The notes under the pieces: model-generated
What the model was told of the DNA's origin: nothing
The model's input: only the letters and a program-made list of their open reading frames with translations
Databases searched by the model: none
Part shown: positions 1 through 11,087 of the stretch, piece after piece
How positions within the stretch are numbered: position 1 is the stretch's first letter
How the letters are laid out: the number at the start of each line of letters is the position of its first letter
Made by a program: the position numbers and the translations under genes
Origin: an uncultured Syntrophales bacterium
Lineage (GTDB): Bacteria; Desulfobacterota; Syntrophia; Syntrophales; JAAYKM01
Direction: 5' to 3'
Length of the DNA stretch: 39,564 nt
Assembly (NCBI GenBank): GCA_964411235.1
Contig: CAYPKE010000003.1
Location: 1 to 39,564 of the forward strand

Positions 1-1393
1 CAAGGATATGAACCGCGAGCTGGAAAGAATAACCGCTCTCAATGAGAGGGGAAAAAAGAATCTCGCTCTCGTGGGGGAAACCCTCAAGGAAGGAGAGATC
101 AAGCAGGAGTATGACCGCCTGATCGGCCTGTTCGTGCGTCAGAATCCGAATCTGGAGAAGCTGATTCAGCTTATCGCCGATGACCAAAAGGAGGAGGCCA
201 TGGCTTTTATGGAGGGAGAGGTGACCGTGGTGGAAAACCAGATCACCGCCTCGTTCCACAAGATTATCGATCTCGAGGTTCAGCAGGCCGAGGCCACCAT
301 GCAGGCGAGTGCCTCACGTGCCAATTCGGCGAGCTGGTTCGCCACGTTTTCCACGATCATGGCCTTTTTCATTGCTTTGGGTATCGGGATATTCATGAGC
401 CTCATCATTACACGCCCCATCGCCCGCGTGATCGAAGGGTTGAGTGACGGTGCAGAACAGGTGACCGCAGCCGCGTCTCAGGTGGCTACGTCGAGTCAGC
501 ATCTGGCGGACGGCAGTTCGAACCAGGCATCAGCCATTGAGGAAACCTCGTCCTCCCTGGAAGAAATGTCTTCCATGACCCGGCAGAACGCGGATAATGC
601 GCAACTGGCGAATGATATGATGATGAAGGAGGCGGCACCGAATTTCCAAATGATCGGGGAACGCATGACGACGATGGAAAAGGCCATGCAGGCTTCCGTG
701 GGCGCCAGCGAAGAAACAGCCAAAGTCATCAAGACCATCGATGAAATTGCCTTCCAGACCAACCTGCTGGCATTGAACGCTGCTGTGGAAGCGGCAAGAG
801 CCGGGGAGGCCGGCGCGGGATTCGCCGTTGTCGCCGACGAGGTCCGGAACCTGGCCATGAGGGCGACCGAGGCTGCCAAGAATACTCAGGATCTGATCAC
901 CAATTCGACGGGCCGGATTAAGGAAGCGACTTCCCTGTACGGGCAGGTATCCGAAGCGATGGGGAAAAACGGTGAAATCGCAAAGAAAGTGACGGAGCTG
1001 ATCGGGGAAATCGCGGCGGCGTCACGGGAACAGGCCCAGGGAATCGGTCAGGTCAACTCGGCGGTGGTGGAGATGGACAAGGTGGCGCAGCAGACGGCTG
1101 CATCCGCCGAAGAGTCGGCCAGTGCGGCTGAGGAACTGAACGCCCAGGCGGCGCAGATGAAGAGTTACGTCGGTGACCTCGTGTCCCTGATCAACGGCGC
1201 TGCCGATGGATACGGCGGGAAAGCGCTCCCTGCCGGACGCGTTACGAGTCAACGGGGTGCAGTGCTGAGCAAGAAACCGCCGATAGCGGCTCTGGTCAAG
1301 TATGATCGTAAGCAAGGCGCTTCCGTAAAGGAAAAAGTTGTCCGTCCGGATCAGATCATCCCCCTGGAAGAAGGTGATTTCAAGGACTTCTAA
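1..1393 (+). CDS. Methyl-accepting chemotaxis protein, 5'-truncated by the window (periplasmic helical domain, TM2, signalling domain, C-terminal pentapeptide)
   Basis: Hairpin-tip motif IAFQTNLLALNAAVEAARAGEAGAGFAVVADEVR; TM2 FSTIMAFFIALGIGIFMSLII; ends DFKDF. No TM1 is present, so the gene probably starts upstream. Confidence 0.95.
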   Translation, partial: KDMNRELERITALNERGKKNLALVGETLKEGEIKQEYDRLIGLFVRQNPNLEKLIQLIADDQKEEAMAFMEGEVTVVENQITASFHKIIDLEVQQAEATMQASASRANSASWFATFSTIMAFFIALGIGIFMSLIITRPIARVIEGLSDGAEQVTAAASQVATSSQHLADGSSNQASAIEETSSSLEEMSSMTRQNADNAQLANDMMMKEAAPNFQMIGERMTTMEKAMQASVGASEETAKVIKTIDEIAFQTNLLALNAAVEAARAGEAGAGFAVVADEVRNLAMRATEAAKNTQDLITNSTGRIKEATSLYGQVSEAMGKNGEIAKKVTELIGEIAAASREQAQGIGQVNSAVVEMDKVAQQTAASAEESASAAEELNAQAAQMKSYVGDLVSLINGAADGYGGKALPAGRVTSQRGAVLSKKPPIAALVKYDRKQGASVKEKVVRPDQIIPLEEGDFKDF

Positions 1394-1479
1394 GGTCTAT
1401 ACGACGACAAGTCGACACATCGTTTGCCAACGGCGGTGATTCCCTGTAAAATCGCCGCTCCAAGGAACGAGGGGATGCA

Positions 1480-2340
1480 ATGCTGTCACCAGAAGAACTG
1501 ATTAAGACCATAAACGGCTCGGAGATTGCTTCCATCCGGCGCATCCTGAACAAGATCATCGAGGTCGCCCTGGATCCCCATGCCAATGCCGTCGATCTGA
1601 AAGCCCTGATCGAGGCCGATCCACCCCTGACGGCTAAAATTATTCGCCGGGCCAACTCCGCTTTTTACGGCATGCCGCGCAAGGTGTCCGATATCCTGGA
1701 CGCCATCATGTTTATCGGATTCGAGTCCGTCAAGGAACTGGCGATCAGCCAGGCCGTTGTCGACCTGTTCCACAACGGGGGCAGCAACCGGGGGCGCTAT
1801 TCCCGAAACGCCTTGTGGATTCATTCCGTGGCCGTGGCAACGTGCGGCAAACTGATTGCAAGGCGCGAATTACGCAGGACCGGTAACGAGGTATACACGG
1901 CGGGCCTTCTCCATGATATCGGGCTGATCGTGATCGACCAATTTCTCCGGGAAGATTTTCTCAAGGTATTGAAAGCAATCGAGCAAGACGACCGAAGCAT
2001 CTGGCAGGCCGAGGAAGAAACGTTTCGATTCGCTCATGACGAAATCGGCGGTCTGCTTCTCAAGGAATGGAATTTTCCTGATAACCTGGCCGCCGGCGTG
2101 CTTTGCGCCGAAAGATTACCGGACAACGAAATAGACCGGCACGAAGAAGCGGCCATTCTTCATATCGCACATTTCTGTTGCCGGGAAAGAAAGCTCGGGT
2201 ATGTTGAACCGATGCCCCATGACGCCGGTTTATACCAACGATGCCTGCAGCAGTTCGGCATCGAGGAGCGGGCCATGTCATTTATCATGGACGATGTGGA
2301 AGATCAAATTCGCCAGATGGTGGCGCATGGCTGGTTTTAA
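1480..2340 (+). CDS. HDOD domain protein
   Basis: DPPLTAKIIRRANSAFYG, LWIHSVAVA, AGLLHDIG, H..IG..LL..WNFP; RBS GAGGGG upstream. Confidence 0.9.
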   Translation: MLSPEELIKTINGSEIASIRRILNKIIEVALDPHANAVDLKALIEADPPLTAKIIRRANSAFYGMPRKVSDILDAIMFIGFESVKELAISQAVVDLFHNGGSNRGRYSRNALWIHSVAVATCGKLIARRELRRTGNEVYTAGLLHDIGLIVIDQFLREDFLKVLKAIEQDDRSIWQAEEETFRFAHDEIGGLLLKEWNFPDNLAAGVLCAERLPDNEIDRHEEAAILHIAHFCCRERKLGYVEPMPHDAGLYQRCLQQFGIEERAMSFIMDDVEDQIRQMVAHGWF

Positions 2341-2365
2341 ACACAAAGATTGTCCGGGGGGGCGG

Positions 2366-3787
2366 ATGAGCGATCATGATTTGACCAACCGAATGCGGGA
2401 ACTCGAGATCCGGTTGCGCCATGTGGAAAATGAATATCAATTGTCGCGCGAGGAATCGAAAAATGCGACGGTCATGTACATCGAACTGATGGAGGAACTG
2501 CGGCGGAAGAATGAATCTCTCGAGGCGCTCAAGGACGAGCTGGAGGAACGGGTCAGGATCAGGACATCATCACTTGAGGCATCCAACAAAGCCCTGACGG
2601 AAGAAATAGAAAAAAACAAGGCTATTCAGCGGGAGCTCCGGGAAAAGGACAAGCGACTCCTTTACGCCCAGAAGATGGAAGCCGTCGGTACCCTGGCCGG
2701 GGGAATTGCCCACGATTTCAACAACCTGCTGATGTGTGTTCAGGGGAATATCTCCCTGATTCTCATGGGATTGGACGCTTCCCATTATCACTACGATAAA
2801 ATAAAAAACATTGAAGACCAAATCAGAAGCGGGGTTTCCCTGACGAAACAGCTTTTGAACTTCTCCGTTCGCAGAGAGCAGGAATTTTCCCTGATCGATA
2901 TGAACGAGGTGCTGTCCGTGACAGCTGCCATGTTCGGACGAACCCGCAAGGAAATCATCATTGAAACAAATCTGGACGCGGAACCGGTCTTGGTCAGAGC
3001 GGACCGGGGGCAGATCGAGCAGGTTCTGCTGAATCTTTATCTGAACGCTTCCCACGCGATGCCGGGGGGAGGCTGCTTGATCCTGAGAACGGAAATCATT
3101 GTGATGGCGCCTGACGAAGCGAAGGTCTTTTTTGTTGGCGATGGCCCTTATGTCCGAATTTCCGTGACCGACAACGGTGTCGGGATGGATGACAAGACGC
3201 GGGAAAGGATTTTCGACCCTTTCTTCACCACCAGGGAAATGGGGCGCGGTTACGGTTTGGGTTTGGCATCCGTCTATGGAATCGTCAAGGGTCATCACGG
3301 TTTCGTCGATGTGCAAAGCCAAAGAGGCAAGGGATCGACCTTTTTTGTTTGTCTGCCAAGGGCTTTCGGAGCGCCGGCATGTGAATCGGCGCCGCAGGAG
3401 AAGACGATTTTTCACGGTCGGGAAACGGTTCTTTTTGTGGATGACGAAAAAACGATCATCGAGGTCATGCAGGATATTCTGGAATCCCTGGGATACCGGG
3501 TTCTGACCGCCAGCAGCGGTGAAGAGGCCGTGGAAATCTTTCAAACCATGCCGGAGGAGATCGATCTCGTCATCCTGGACGTCATCATGCCGGGGATGGG
3601 GGGGATGGAAACGTTCGAGGCCGTCAAGGCGATCAGACCGGAGGTCAAGGTCATCCTCAGCAGCGGTTACAGTGTGAATCACATCGCCAAAGAAATTATG
3701 GAAAAGGGGTGTCGGGCTTTCATTCAGAAGCCCTTCAATATCGAAACGATATCCCGGAAAGTCAGGGAGGTCCTGCAGGAAGCCTGA
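2366..3787 (+). CDS. Hybrid histidine kinase (coiled coil-HisKA-HATPase-REC), CckA-like, with no sensor domain
   Basis: H-box [13 protein letters not shown]-box LLNLYLNA, DNGVG, FFTT, GYGLGL, receiver LVILDVIMP. ATG 2366 chosen to avoid overlap with the HDOD gene. Confidence 0.92.
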   Translation: MSDHDLTNRMRELEIRLRHVENEYQLSREESKNATVMYIELMEELRRKNESLEALKDELEERVRIRTSSLEASNKALTEEIEKNKAIQRELREKDKRLLYAQKMEAVGTLAGGIAHDFNNLLMCVQGNISLILMGLDASHYHYDKIKNIEDQIRSGVSLTKQLLNFSVRREQEFSLIDMNEVLSVTAAMFGRTRKEIIIETNLDAEPVLVRADRGQIEQVLLNLYLNASHAMPGGGCLILRTEIIVMAPDEAKVFFVGDGPYVRISVTDNGVGMDDKTRERIFDPFFTTREMGRGYGLGLASVYGIVKGHHGFVDVQSQRGKGSTFFVCLPRAFGAPACESAPQEKTIFHGRETVLFVDDEKTIIEVMQDILESLGYRVLTASSGEEAVEIFQTMPEEIDLVILDVIMPGMGGMETFEAVKAIRPEVKVILSSGYSVNHIAKEIMEKGCRAFIQKPFNIETISRKVREVLQEA

Positions 3788-3805
3788 ACAAAAGACAGCG
3801 CCTTA

Positions 3806-5185
3806 TTATTCCCCCAGGTGAAAACGCTTTAACTTTTCCACCAATGTGGTGCGGTTCAGTCCGAGCAGCTTGGCCGCCTTGTTTTTTACGCCGCCGCTGA
3901 TTTCGAGGGCTTTCATCAAGAGGTCTTTTTCGAACTGGGTTACTGCTGCATTGTAATCGAAGCCCGCTTCCGGTAATTCAAGCGACGTTGTTCCGCATTC
4001 CCGGGCGGAGGTGACGTGAAATTTCGCGGGCAGATCTTCGACGTAAATTTCGTCGTGTGGTTGCATGACGACGAGCATTTCCATGAGATTCTGAAGCTCC
4101 CTGACATTGCCCGGCCAGGAATATTGCATCAGGCAAGACATGGCTTCCGGTGTGATTCTCGCGGACGCCTTGCCTTTTTTCGCACTGATTTCCTGCAGAA
4201 AATGGTTGGCGAGAATGGCGATGTCCGGACCCCGTTCACGCAATGGCGGCAGCCAGATCGGAATGACGTTGATCCGGTAGTACAGGTCTTCGCGAAACCG
4301 TTTTTCCTCGACCGCTTTTTCCAGGTTCTGGTGAGTGGCCGCGATGATACGGACATCGGCTTCGTAGGTTTTGACCCCTCCGATGCGTTCAAACTGTTTT
4401 TCCTGGATCGCCCGCAAAACCTTGACCTGAAGGGCCGGGCTCATATCGCCGATCTCGTCGAGAAACAGGGTCCCCCCCTGGGCAAGCTCGAAGCGTCCCG
4501 ATCGGCTGCGGATCGCCCCGGTGAAGGCGCCCTTTTCATGGCCGAAGAGTTCGCTCTCCAGGAGATCTTCAGGGATGGCCCCGCAATTGACCGGTACCAG
4601 CGGTTTGTTGCGACGTGAACTGTTGAAATGAATGGCTTTGGCGACCAATTCCTTTCCGGTGCCGCTTTCTCCGTAAATGAGAACGGTGCTGTCTGAATCG
4701 GCGACCTTCTCGATGGTGCCGAAAACCTTTTTCATGCAGTCGCTGTAACCCAAAAGTTTGCCCAGGTCATACTTCTCTTTCAGGTGATCCCGGAGATGAA
4801 CATTCTCTTCCCTGAGCTGGGCATAGGAGACTGCTCTCTGAACGGTTATTCTGACCAGGTCGTCTTTCAGGGGTTTGGAGATGAAGTCGAAAGCGCCCAG
4901 TTTCATGGCTTCCACGGCATTGCTGACCGTTCCGTATCCGGTGATGATGATCACGACATGGTCCGGCGACAGCTCCTTGGCGAAACGCAGCAGCTCCAGG
5001 CCGTCCACGTGGGGCATCTGCAGGTCCGTGATCGTAATGTCGTAGTGATCCTCCAGAAAGGCCTTCATCGCCTCACGACCGTCTTCGACGGCCCTGACGT
5101 CGTAGCCGCTGGAATGCATGAGTTCGAAGAGATTCTGTCTGCTGAGTTCGTTGTCTTCAACGATGAGGATTTTGGCTTTTTTCAT
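3806..5185 (-). CDS. Sigma54-dependent response regulator (REC-AAA+-HTH), FleQ/FlrA-like candidate flagellar master regulator
   Basis: [29 protein letters not shown]; HTH helix RTTLVEK as in FleQ/FlrA; receiver Asp intact (ITDLQMP). Confidence 0.9.
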   Translation of the reverse strand: MKKAKILIVEDNELSRQNLFELMHSSGYDVRAVEDGREAMKAFLEDHYDITITDLQMPHVDGLELLRFAKELSPDHVVIIITGYGTVSNAVEAMKLGAFDFISKPLKDDLVRITVQRAVSYAQLREENVHLRDHLKEKYDLGKLLGYSDCMKKVFGTIEKVADSDSTVLIYGESGTGKELVAKAIHFNSSRRNKPLVPVNCGAIPEDLLESELFGHEKGAFTGAIRSRSGRFELAQGGTLFLDEIGDMSPALQVKVLRAIQEKQFERIGGVKTYEADVRIIAATHQNLEKAVEEKRFREDLYYRINVIPIWLPPLRERGPDIAILANHFLQEISAKKGKASARITPEAMSCLMQYSWPGNVRELQNLMEMLVVMQPHDEIYVEDLPAKFHVTSARECGTTSLELPEAGFDYNAAVTQFEKDLLMKALEISGGVKNKAAKLLGLNRTTLVEKLKRFHLGE

Positions 5186-5289
5186 GCGTACTTTCCTGTG
5201 GAAGCGTAGTCATCAATCCAAGGAGGCTCAGATACTTGCCAAACCGGCGCCGCCAGCAGACCTATTACTAAATTATTGCGGAAAAAGAG

Positions 5290-5317
5290 TAAAGTTTTTT
5301 CTTTATCATGCCGATAC
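5290..5317 (+). promoter_or_regulatory. Sigma28 (FliA/SigD) promoter for cheW
   Basis: TAAAGTTT-N12-GCCGATAC, close to the TAAA-N15/16-GCCGATAA consensus, about 135 bp upstream of cheW. Confidence 0.8.
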
Positions 5318-5452
5318 ATACCATGTCGTTGCATTCGATTAGATGGTAACACGCATTTATGGAGTTGGGGAATCACTCCGGCAGAGAGCGGATGGCCGTA
5401 AGGAAACACATTGCGGCGTTACCTTTATCACCACAAGACAGTGAGGTTTGAA

Positions 5453-5971
5453 ATGAAAGAGACGTTGCAAGTTGAAAATCAGGCGAGGAAAACAGGCGTA
5501 GACCGGGAGGGGAAATATCTGACCTTTTCCCTGGACGGCGAGGAGTACGGTATCGGGATCCTCAAGGTCAAGGAAATCATCGGCATGATGCCGATTACTC
5601 ACGTCCCCCAGACTCCGGAATACGTCAAAGGGGTTGTGAACCTCAGGGGCAAGGTCATCCCCGTGGTTGATCTGCGCCTGAAATTCGGAATCGAACAGAT
5701 CGATTACACGGAGCGAACCTGTATTATCGTTGTTGAAATCAGCAGCCTGGGCAAGACCATCGCGATGGGGATTGTCGTGGATTCCGTTTCCGAGGTGCTC
5801 AACATCAGAAACGGCGACATTGAAGATACCCCTTCCTTCGGCACGAAACTGAAGACGGAATTTATATTGGGTATGGCCAAGGTCGGCGCGAACGTCAAGA
5901 TTCTGCTCGATATTGACCTCGTCCTGGCGGCGGAAGAAGTGGCTGAAATTGAAGCGAAGGTCGCCGCGTAA
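5453..5971 (+). CDS. cheW: Chemotaxis coupling protein CheW
   Basis: YLTFSL..EEYGI..LKVKEI, GVVNLRGKVIPVVDLR, GIVVDSVSEV; GAGG RBS before ATG 5453. Confidence 0.96.
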   Translation: MKETLQVENQARKTGVDREGKYLTFSLDGEEYGIGILKVKEIIGMMPITHVPQTPEYVKGVVNLRGKVIPVVDLRLKFGIEQIDYTERTCIIVVEISSLGKTIAMGIVVDSVSEVLNIRNGDIEDTPSFGTKLKTEFILGMAKVGANVKILLDIDLVLAAEEVAEIEAKVAA

Positions 5972-6088
5972 ATGGATGCATGAAGGTTGGGCTGTGGGAC
6001 ACCGTTCGGTTGTCCAACCTGATGGGGGTCTCCGTTGCCTGTCCGGTATCGAAACGGCGATCCGAGGAACACAATCCGGTTACAAGTC

Positions 6089-6358
6089 ATGGAAAAGACA
6101 TTTTATTCAACGTCAGAAGTCGCTGAGCTCTTTGGAATCAGCCGGGTAACCGTATACCGGTGGGCAAAGGACGGGAAGATTCAGGCCTGCGGTCTCGGGA
6201 AGAATTTGAAAATCCCCCTGTACGAGATCAAAAGACTCCTGCAGGATTTCGGTAAGGCCGGGATGTCTTCCGATGAAATCGACCTGTTGCTCCGGGACCA
6301 CGAGATCCGGGAAATCATCCAGCGAATGGCAAAGGATGGCCGTCCGGATCCATCATGA
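6089..6358 (+). CDS. Small excisionase/MerR-like (HTH_17) DNA-binding protein
   Basis: FYSTSEVAELFGISRVTVYRWAKDGKIQA is a typical HTH_17 pattern. Confidence 0.8.
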   Translation: MEKTFYSTSEVAELFGISRVTVYRWAKDGKIQACGLGKNLKIPLYEIKRLLQDFGKAGMSSDEIDLLLRDHEIREIIQRMAKDGRPDPS

Positions 6359-6430
6359 TGACGGCGGCCGTTTCTTGCCTGCTTTTGCAAGGTGCGCCGG
6401 AACGGGAGCACGCCGCCGGATAGGAAGGAT

Positions 6431-6446
6431 TGGTTCGTATCTTGCT
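6431..6446 (+). promoter_or_regulatory. Sigma54 -24/-12 promoter for the cheR operon
   Basis: TGGTTCGTATCTTGCT (GG-N10-GC), about 60 bp upstream of cheR. Confidence 0.72.
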
Positions 6447-6506
6447 AGTTGAAAAGGCGCCCCTCCAGGGATTGAACATCATGATGGGGCGGCGCGGAGC
6501 GGAGAA

Positions 6507-7331
6507 ATGACGGCGGAGCTGAGAGAGAGCGATTTCCAGAAGATCAGTCGACTTGTTTATGAACAATGCGGCATCAATCTCCATGACGGGAAAAAGGAGC
6601 TGGTCAAGGCCCGTCTCGGGAAGCGCCTCCGGGAAGGAAACTTTGGGACCTTCAGAGAGTATTATCGCCATGTGACGACCGATGAAGGGCGCGATGAATT
6701 GATCATGATGATTGATTCCCTGTCGACGAACTTGACCTATTTCTTTCGCGAGGCCGGTCACTTTGATAAGTTGCGGAAGATCTTGCCGGAAATAGCGCAA
6801 GGGAAAAAGGGGAACCGGCACGACGGACGGATTCAGATCTGGAGCGCCGGCTGTTCTTCCGGAGAGGAACCCTATTCCCTGGCCATGACCGCCCTGGAAA
6901 TCATGGCGGGGATTCCCGTGCCCGTGTCGATCCTGGCCACGGATATTTCGACCCGGGTGCTGCAGGCGGCAGCCAGGGGCATTTACCCCCGGGAACGCTT
7001 GAAGAATGTGCCGGATTCGGTGCTGAAAAAATACTTTCAGTACGGGTCAGGAAAATGGAACGGCTTTTATCAAGTCAAAAAGGACATTCGGGACATGGTC
7101 CGTTTCATGCGGTTCAACCTGATGGACACGCCGCCGGGCGACTTTGCCTCCGACATTGTTTTCTGCCGGAACGTCATGATTTACTTTGATAAGCCGACAC
7201 AGGAGATGCTCGTCAACCGTCTTTATCAGGCCTTGCGGAAAGGCGGTTATTTTTTTGTCGGTCACTCCGAAAGTTTGACAGGCTTAACGCATCCTTTTAA
7301 CTATATCGAACCGAGTGTTTATCGAAAATAG
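6507..7331 (+). CDS. cheR: Chemoreceptor methyltransferase CheR
   Basis: TNLTYFFRE, WSAGCSSGEEPYSLAM, ATDIS, FCRNVMIYFD, GHSESL. Confidence 0.97.
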   Translation: MTAELRESDFQKISRLVYEQCGINLHDGKKELVKARLGKRLREGNFGTFREYYRHVTTDEGRDELIMMIDSLSTNLTYFFREAGHFDKLRKILPEIAQGKKGNRHDGRIQIWSAGCSSGEEPYSLAMTALEIMAGIPVPVSILATDISTRVLQAAARGIYPRERLKNVPDSVLKKYFQYGSGKWNGFYQVKKDIRDMVRFMRFNLMDTPPGDFASDIVFCRNVMIYFDKPTQEMLVNRLYQALRKGGYFFVGHSESLTGLTHPFNYIEPSVYRK

Positions 7332-7336
7332 ACTCT

Positions 7337-7819
7337 ATGGCAGATGTGATTGTTGGAATTTCGGATCTGAAGGTGAGCAATAAAGCCAGTGATGTTCTGG
7401 TTACGTATGCTCTCGGATCCTGCATAGGTTTGGCTATTTATGACCCCCTGGTTAAGGTGGGCGGGTTGCTTCACTTCATGCTTCCGGATTCGACTCTGGA
7501 TCCGAAAAAAGCGCAGGAGCAGCCGGGCATGTTCGCCGATACGGGCGTGCCGCTGCTGTTCAAGTCCTGCTACCGTTTGGGGGCGGAGAAGAAGCGGATC
7601 GTGGTCAAGGTAGCCGGGGGTGCCAGTATACTGGACGACACCAATTTTTTTCGTATCGGGCAAAAGAACATCACGGCCCTGAGAAAAATTTTCTGGAAAA
7701 ATAACGTGATGATCGAAGCGGAGGATACGGGGGCTAACTACAATCGAACGGTACGGCTTGATCTGTCGAACGGAAAGTTTCTTATTAAAAGTTCGATGGG
7801 GATGATGAAGGAATTGTAA
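7337..7819 (+). CDS. cheD: Chemoreceptor glutamine deamidase CheD (copy 1)
   Basis: LGSCIG, GGLLHFMLP, IGQKN, EDTG; catalytic Cys and His present. Confidence 0.93.
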   Translation: MADVIVGISDLKVSNKASDVLVTYALGSCIGLAIYDPLVKVGGLLHFMLPDSTLDPKKAQEQPGMFADTGVPLLFKSCYRLGAEKKRIVVKVAGGASILDDTNFFRIGQKNITALRKIFWKNNVMIEAEDTGANYNRTVRLDLSNGKFLIKSSMGMMKEL

Positions 7820-7820
7820 A

Positions 7821-8666
7821 ATGCTGGAGAAAATCATACGCTCGGTGCAGAGTATACCGGCTTTTCCCATGACCGTCCAGAAAGTGGCCGAACTGGTGAG
7901 CCGGGACGATTACGCCGTGGCGGACCTTGTCAACCTGATCAAGTACGATCAGGCGATAACGGCCAACATCCTCAAAATGAGCAATGCCGCCTATTTCGGT
8001 TCCCGGCATAAAATCAAATCCATCCAGGAAGCCGTCCTGTACTTGGGACAGCAGAACCTCCTGCGGGCGGTGCAGACCGCGGGGGTGTCCCGTTTTTATC
8101 GCAAGGTTTCCGGCGGCTACGTGACCCAGGCCAGGGAATTGTGGAAACATTCCATTGCCGTGGCCATGATGTCCCAGGTTCTGTCGCAGAAGGTTTTCCG
8201 TTGCGACGATTCGGTCCTTTACACGGCGGCACTGCTTCACGATATCGGCAAGGTGTTCCTGGGGGAATATGTTCAGGAATCGTTCAATAAGATCGAGAAT
8301 CTGGTGATGAACCGGGGCTATTCATTCCTGGAGGCGGAAAACGAGGTGCTCGGAATTGATCACGCCGTTTTGGGAGGGATGATTGCCGAACACTGGCATT
8401 TCCCGGCGGAAATCCGGGATGCCATTGCCTATCACCATCGTCCGGACCTTCTGGACAAGGAGGGGGACCATGTTCCCTGGTTGGTTTATCTCTCCGATCA
8501 GTTGTGCCTGATGATCGGTGTCGATGGGGGGGTTGACGGTCTGGCCTATAAAGGTCTGGAGGAGAGTTTGACGCGGTTCCACCTGCGCGTGCAGGATTTG
8601 GAACAGGGAATGGTCATGCTTCTTGAGTCGCTCCAGAGCGCCGAGGACGTGATCAATATCGTATAA
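7821..8666 (+). CDS. HDOD domain protein
   Basis: IPAFP, DQAITANILKMSNAAYFG, LWKHS, AALLHDIGK, W.FP..I..AIAYHH. Confidence 0.92.
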   Translation: MLEKIIRSVQSIPAFPMTVQKVAELVSRDDYAVADLVNLIKYDQAITANILKMSNAAYFGSRHKIKSIQEAVLYLGQQNLLRAVQTAGVSRFYRKVSGGYVTQARELWKHSIAVAMMSQVLSQKVFRCDDSVLYTAALLHDIGKVFLGEYVQESFNKIENLVMNRGYSFLEAENEVLGIDHAVLGGMIAEHWHFPAEIRDAIAYHHRPDLLDKEGDHVPWLVYLSDQLCLMIGVDGGVDGLAYKGLEESLTRFHLRVQDLEQGMVMLLESLQSAEDVINIV

Positions 8667-8685
8667 GACAAGTCGAGGGTGCATT

Positions 8686-9108
8686 ATGTCGTTTAATGTT
8701 CTGATTGTGGATGATTCAACCGCCATGCGTTCCGTAATACGAAAAGTGATCCAGTTGTCGGGTTTCCGGATGGACCACTGCTACGAAGCGGATAACGGCA
8801 ACCAGGCACTGGAAGTCTTGTCCGAAGCATGGGTCGATGTCATCCTTTCGGACATTCATATGCCGGAAATGGACGGTTTCGAACTGTTGAAGGAGGTTGG
8901 GCAGAACGAGGTCTTTCGCAATATCCCCGTCATCATGATTTCAACGGAGGGAAGTCAGGAGCGGGTGCAAGAAGCCTATGCCCTGGGGGCCAGGGGCTTT
9001 ATCAAGAAACCCTTCCTGCCGGAAGAATTGAAGCGCATGCTGCATGAAGTGATAGGAGTGGGAGATGAGGGAGAATATCAAGCAGACACTGATGAAGGCG
9101 ACTTTTGA
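8686..9108 (+). CDS. Single-domain response regulator (CheY-like) with acidic tail
   Basis: LIVDDS, ILSDIHMPEMDG, ISTE, KKPF. Confidence 0.9.
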   Translation: MSFNVLIVDDSTAMRSVIRKVIQLSGFRMDHCYEADNGNQALEVLSEAWVDVILSDIHMPEMDGFELLKEVGQNEVFRNIPVIMISTEGSQERVQEAYALGARGFIKKPFLPEELKRMLHEVIGVGDEGEYQADTDEGDF

Positions 9109-9523
9109 AGTCTTCGAGAAGATGTTTTTTCTGTTTCTCGAACCCGTGGAAAAGGTCGATATGCGCGATGCATCGGTTTCCTGCATCACATTCGGCGGTG
9201 CGGCAACGGGAAGGGTGTCTTTGACCATTTCGCCGGCCCTTGCGTCTATGATGGCGGAAAACATGCTCGGGTGTGAGCGATGCGATATCACGGATCGGAT
9301 GATTGAGGATTGTGCCAAGGAGGCGGCGAACATGGTGTGCGGAAATTTTCTGCGCAAAATGGACGAAAAGGAGGTTTTTCAGTTGCACCTGCCGATGTAT
9401 GCCGCGGCGGAGCAGGAAGACAGGGTGTGCGGCAATGTCCCGGCAGGCGCTGATGACGTGACCGTGTGCTTCGAGTCGGAGGGAGCGCACCTTCAGGTTC
9501 GCCTTTCCTGGATGGAAACGTAG
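9065..9523 (+). CDS. CheX/CheC-family phosphatase-like protein
   Basis: TFEVFEKMFF and EAANMVCGN (ExxN motif); GGAG RBS. Overlaps the upstream gene by 44 nt. Confidence 0.8.
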   Translation: MRENIKQTLMKATFEVFEKMFFLFLEPVEKVDMRDASVSCITFGGAATGRVSLTISPALASMMAENMLGCERCDITDRMIEDCAKEAANMVCGNFLRKMDEKEVFQLHLPMYAAAEQEDRVCGNVPAGADDVTVCFESEGAHLQVRLSWMET

Positions 9524-9543
9524 CGAGGGCCTTCGGTGACGCC

Positions 9544-11084
<1,541 letters not shown>

Positions 11085-11087
11085 TAT

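Noticed and set aside
1395-1408. GTC-N8-GAC after the MCP stop
   Set aside because: The core is not AT-rich and no sigma54 promoter is nearby, so it is probably chance.
5225-5242. Sigma54-like TGGCA element on the minus strand upstream of the FleQ-like gene
   Set aside because: The GG-GC spacing is 11 rather than 10, and there is no TTGC.
6089-6358. Prophage or ICE excisionase
   Set aside because: No integrase, att repeats, tRNA or phage genes are nearby.
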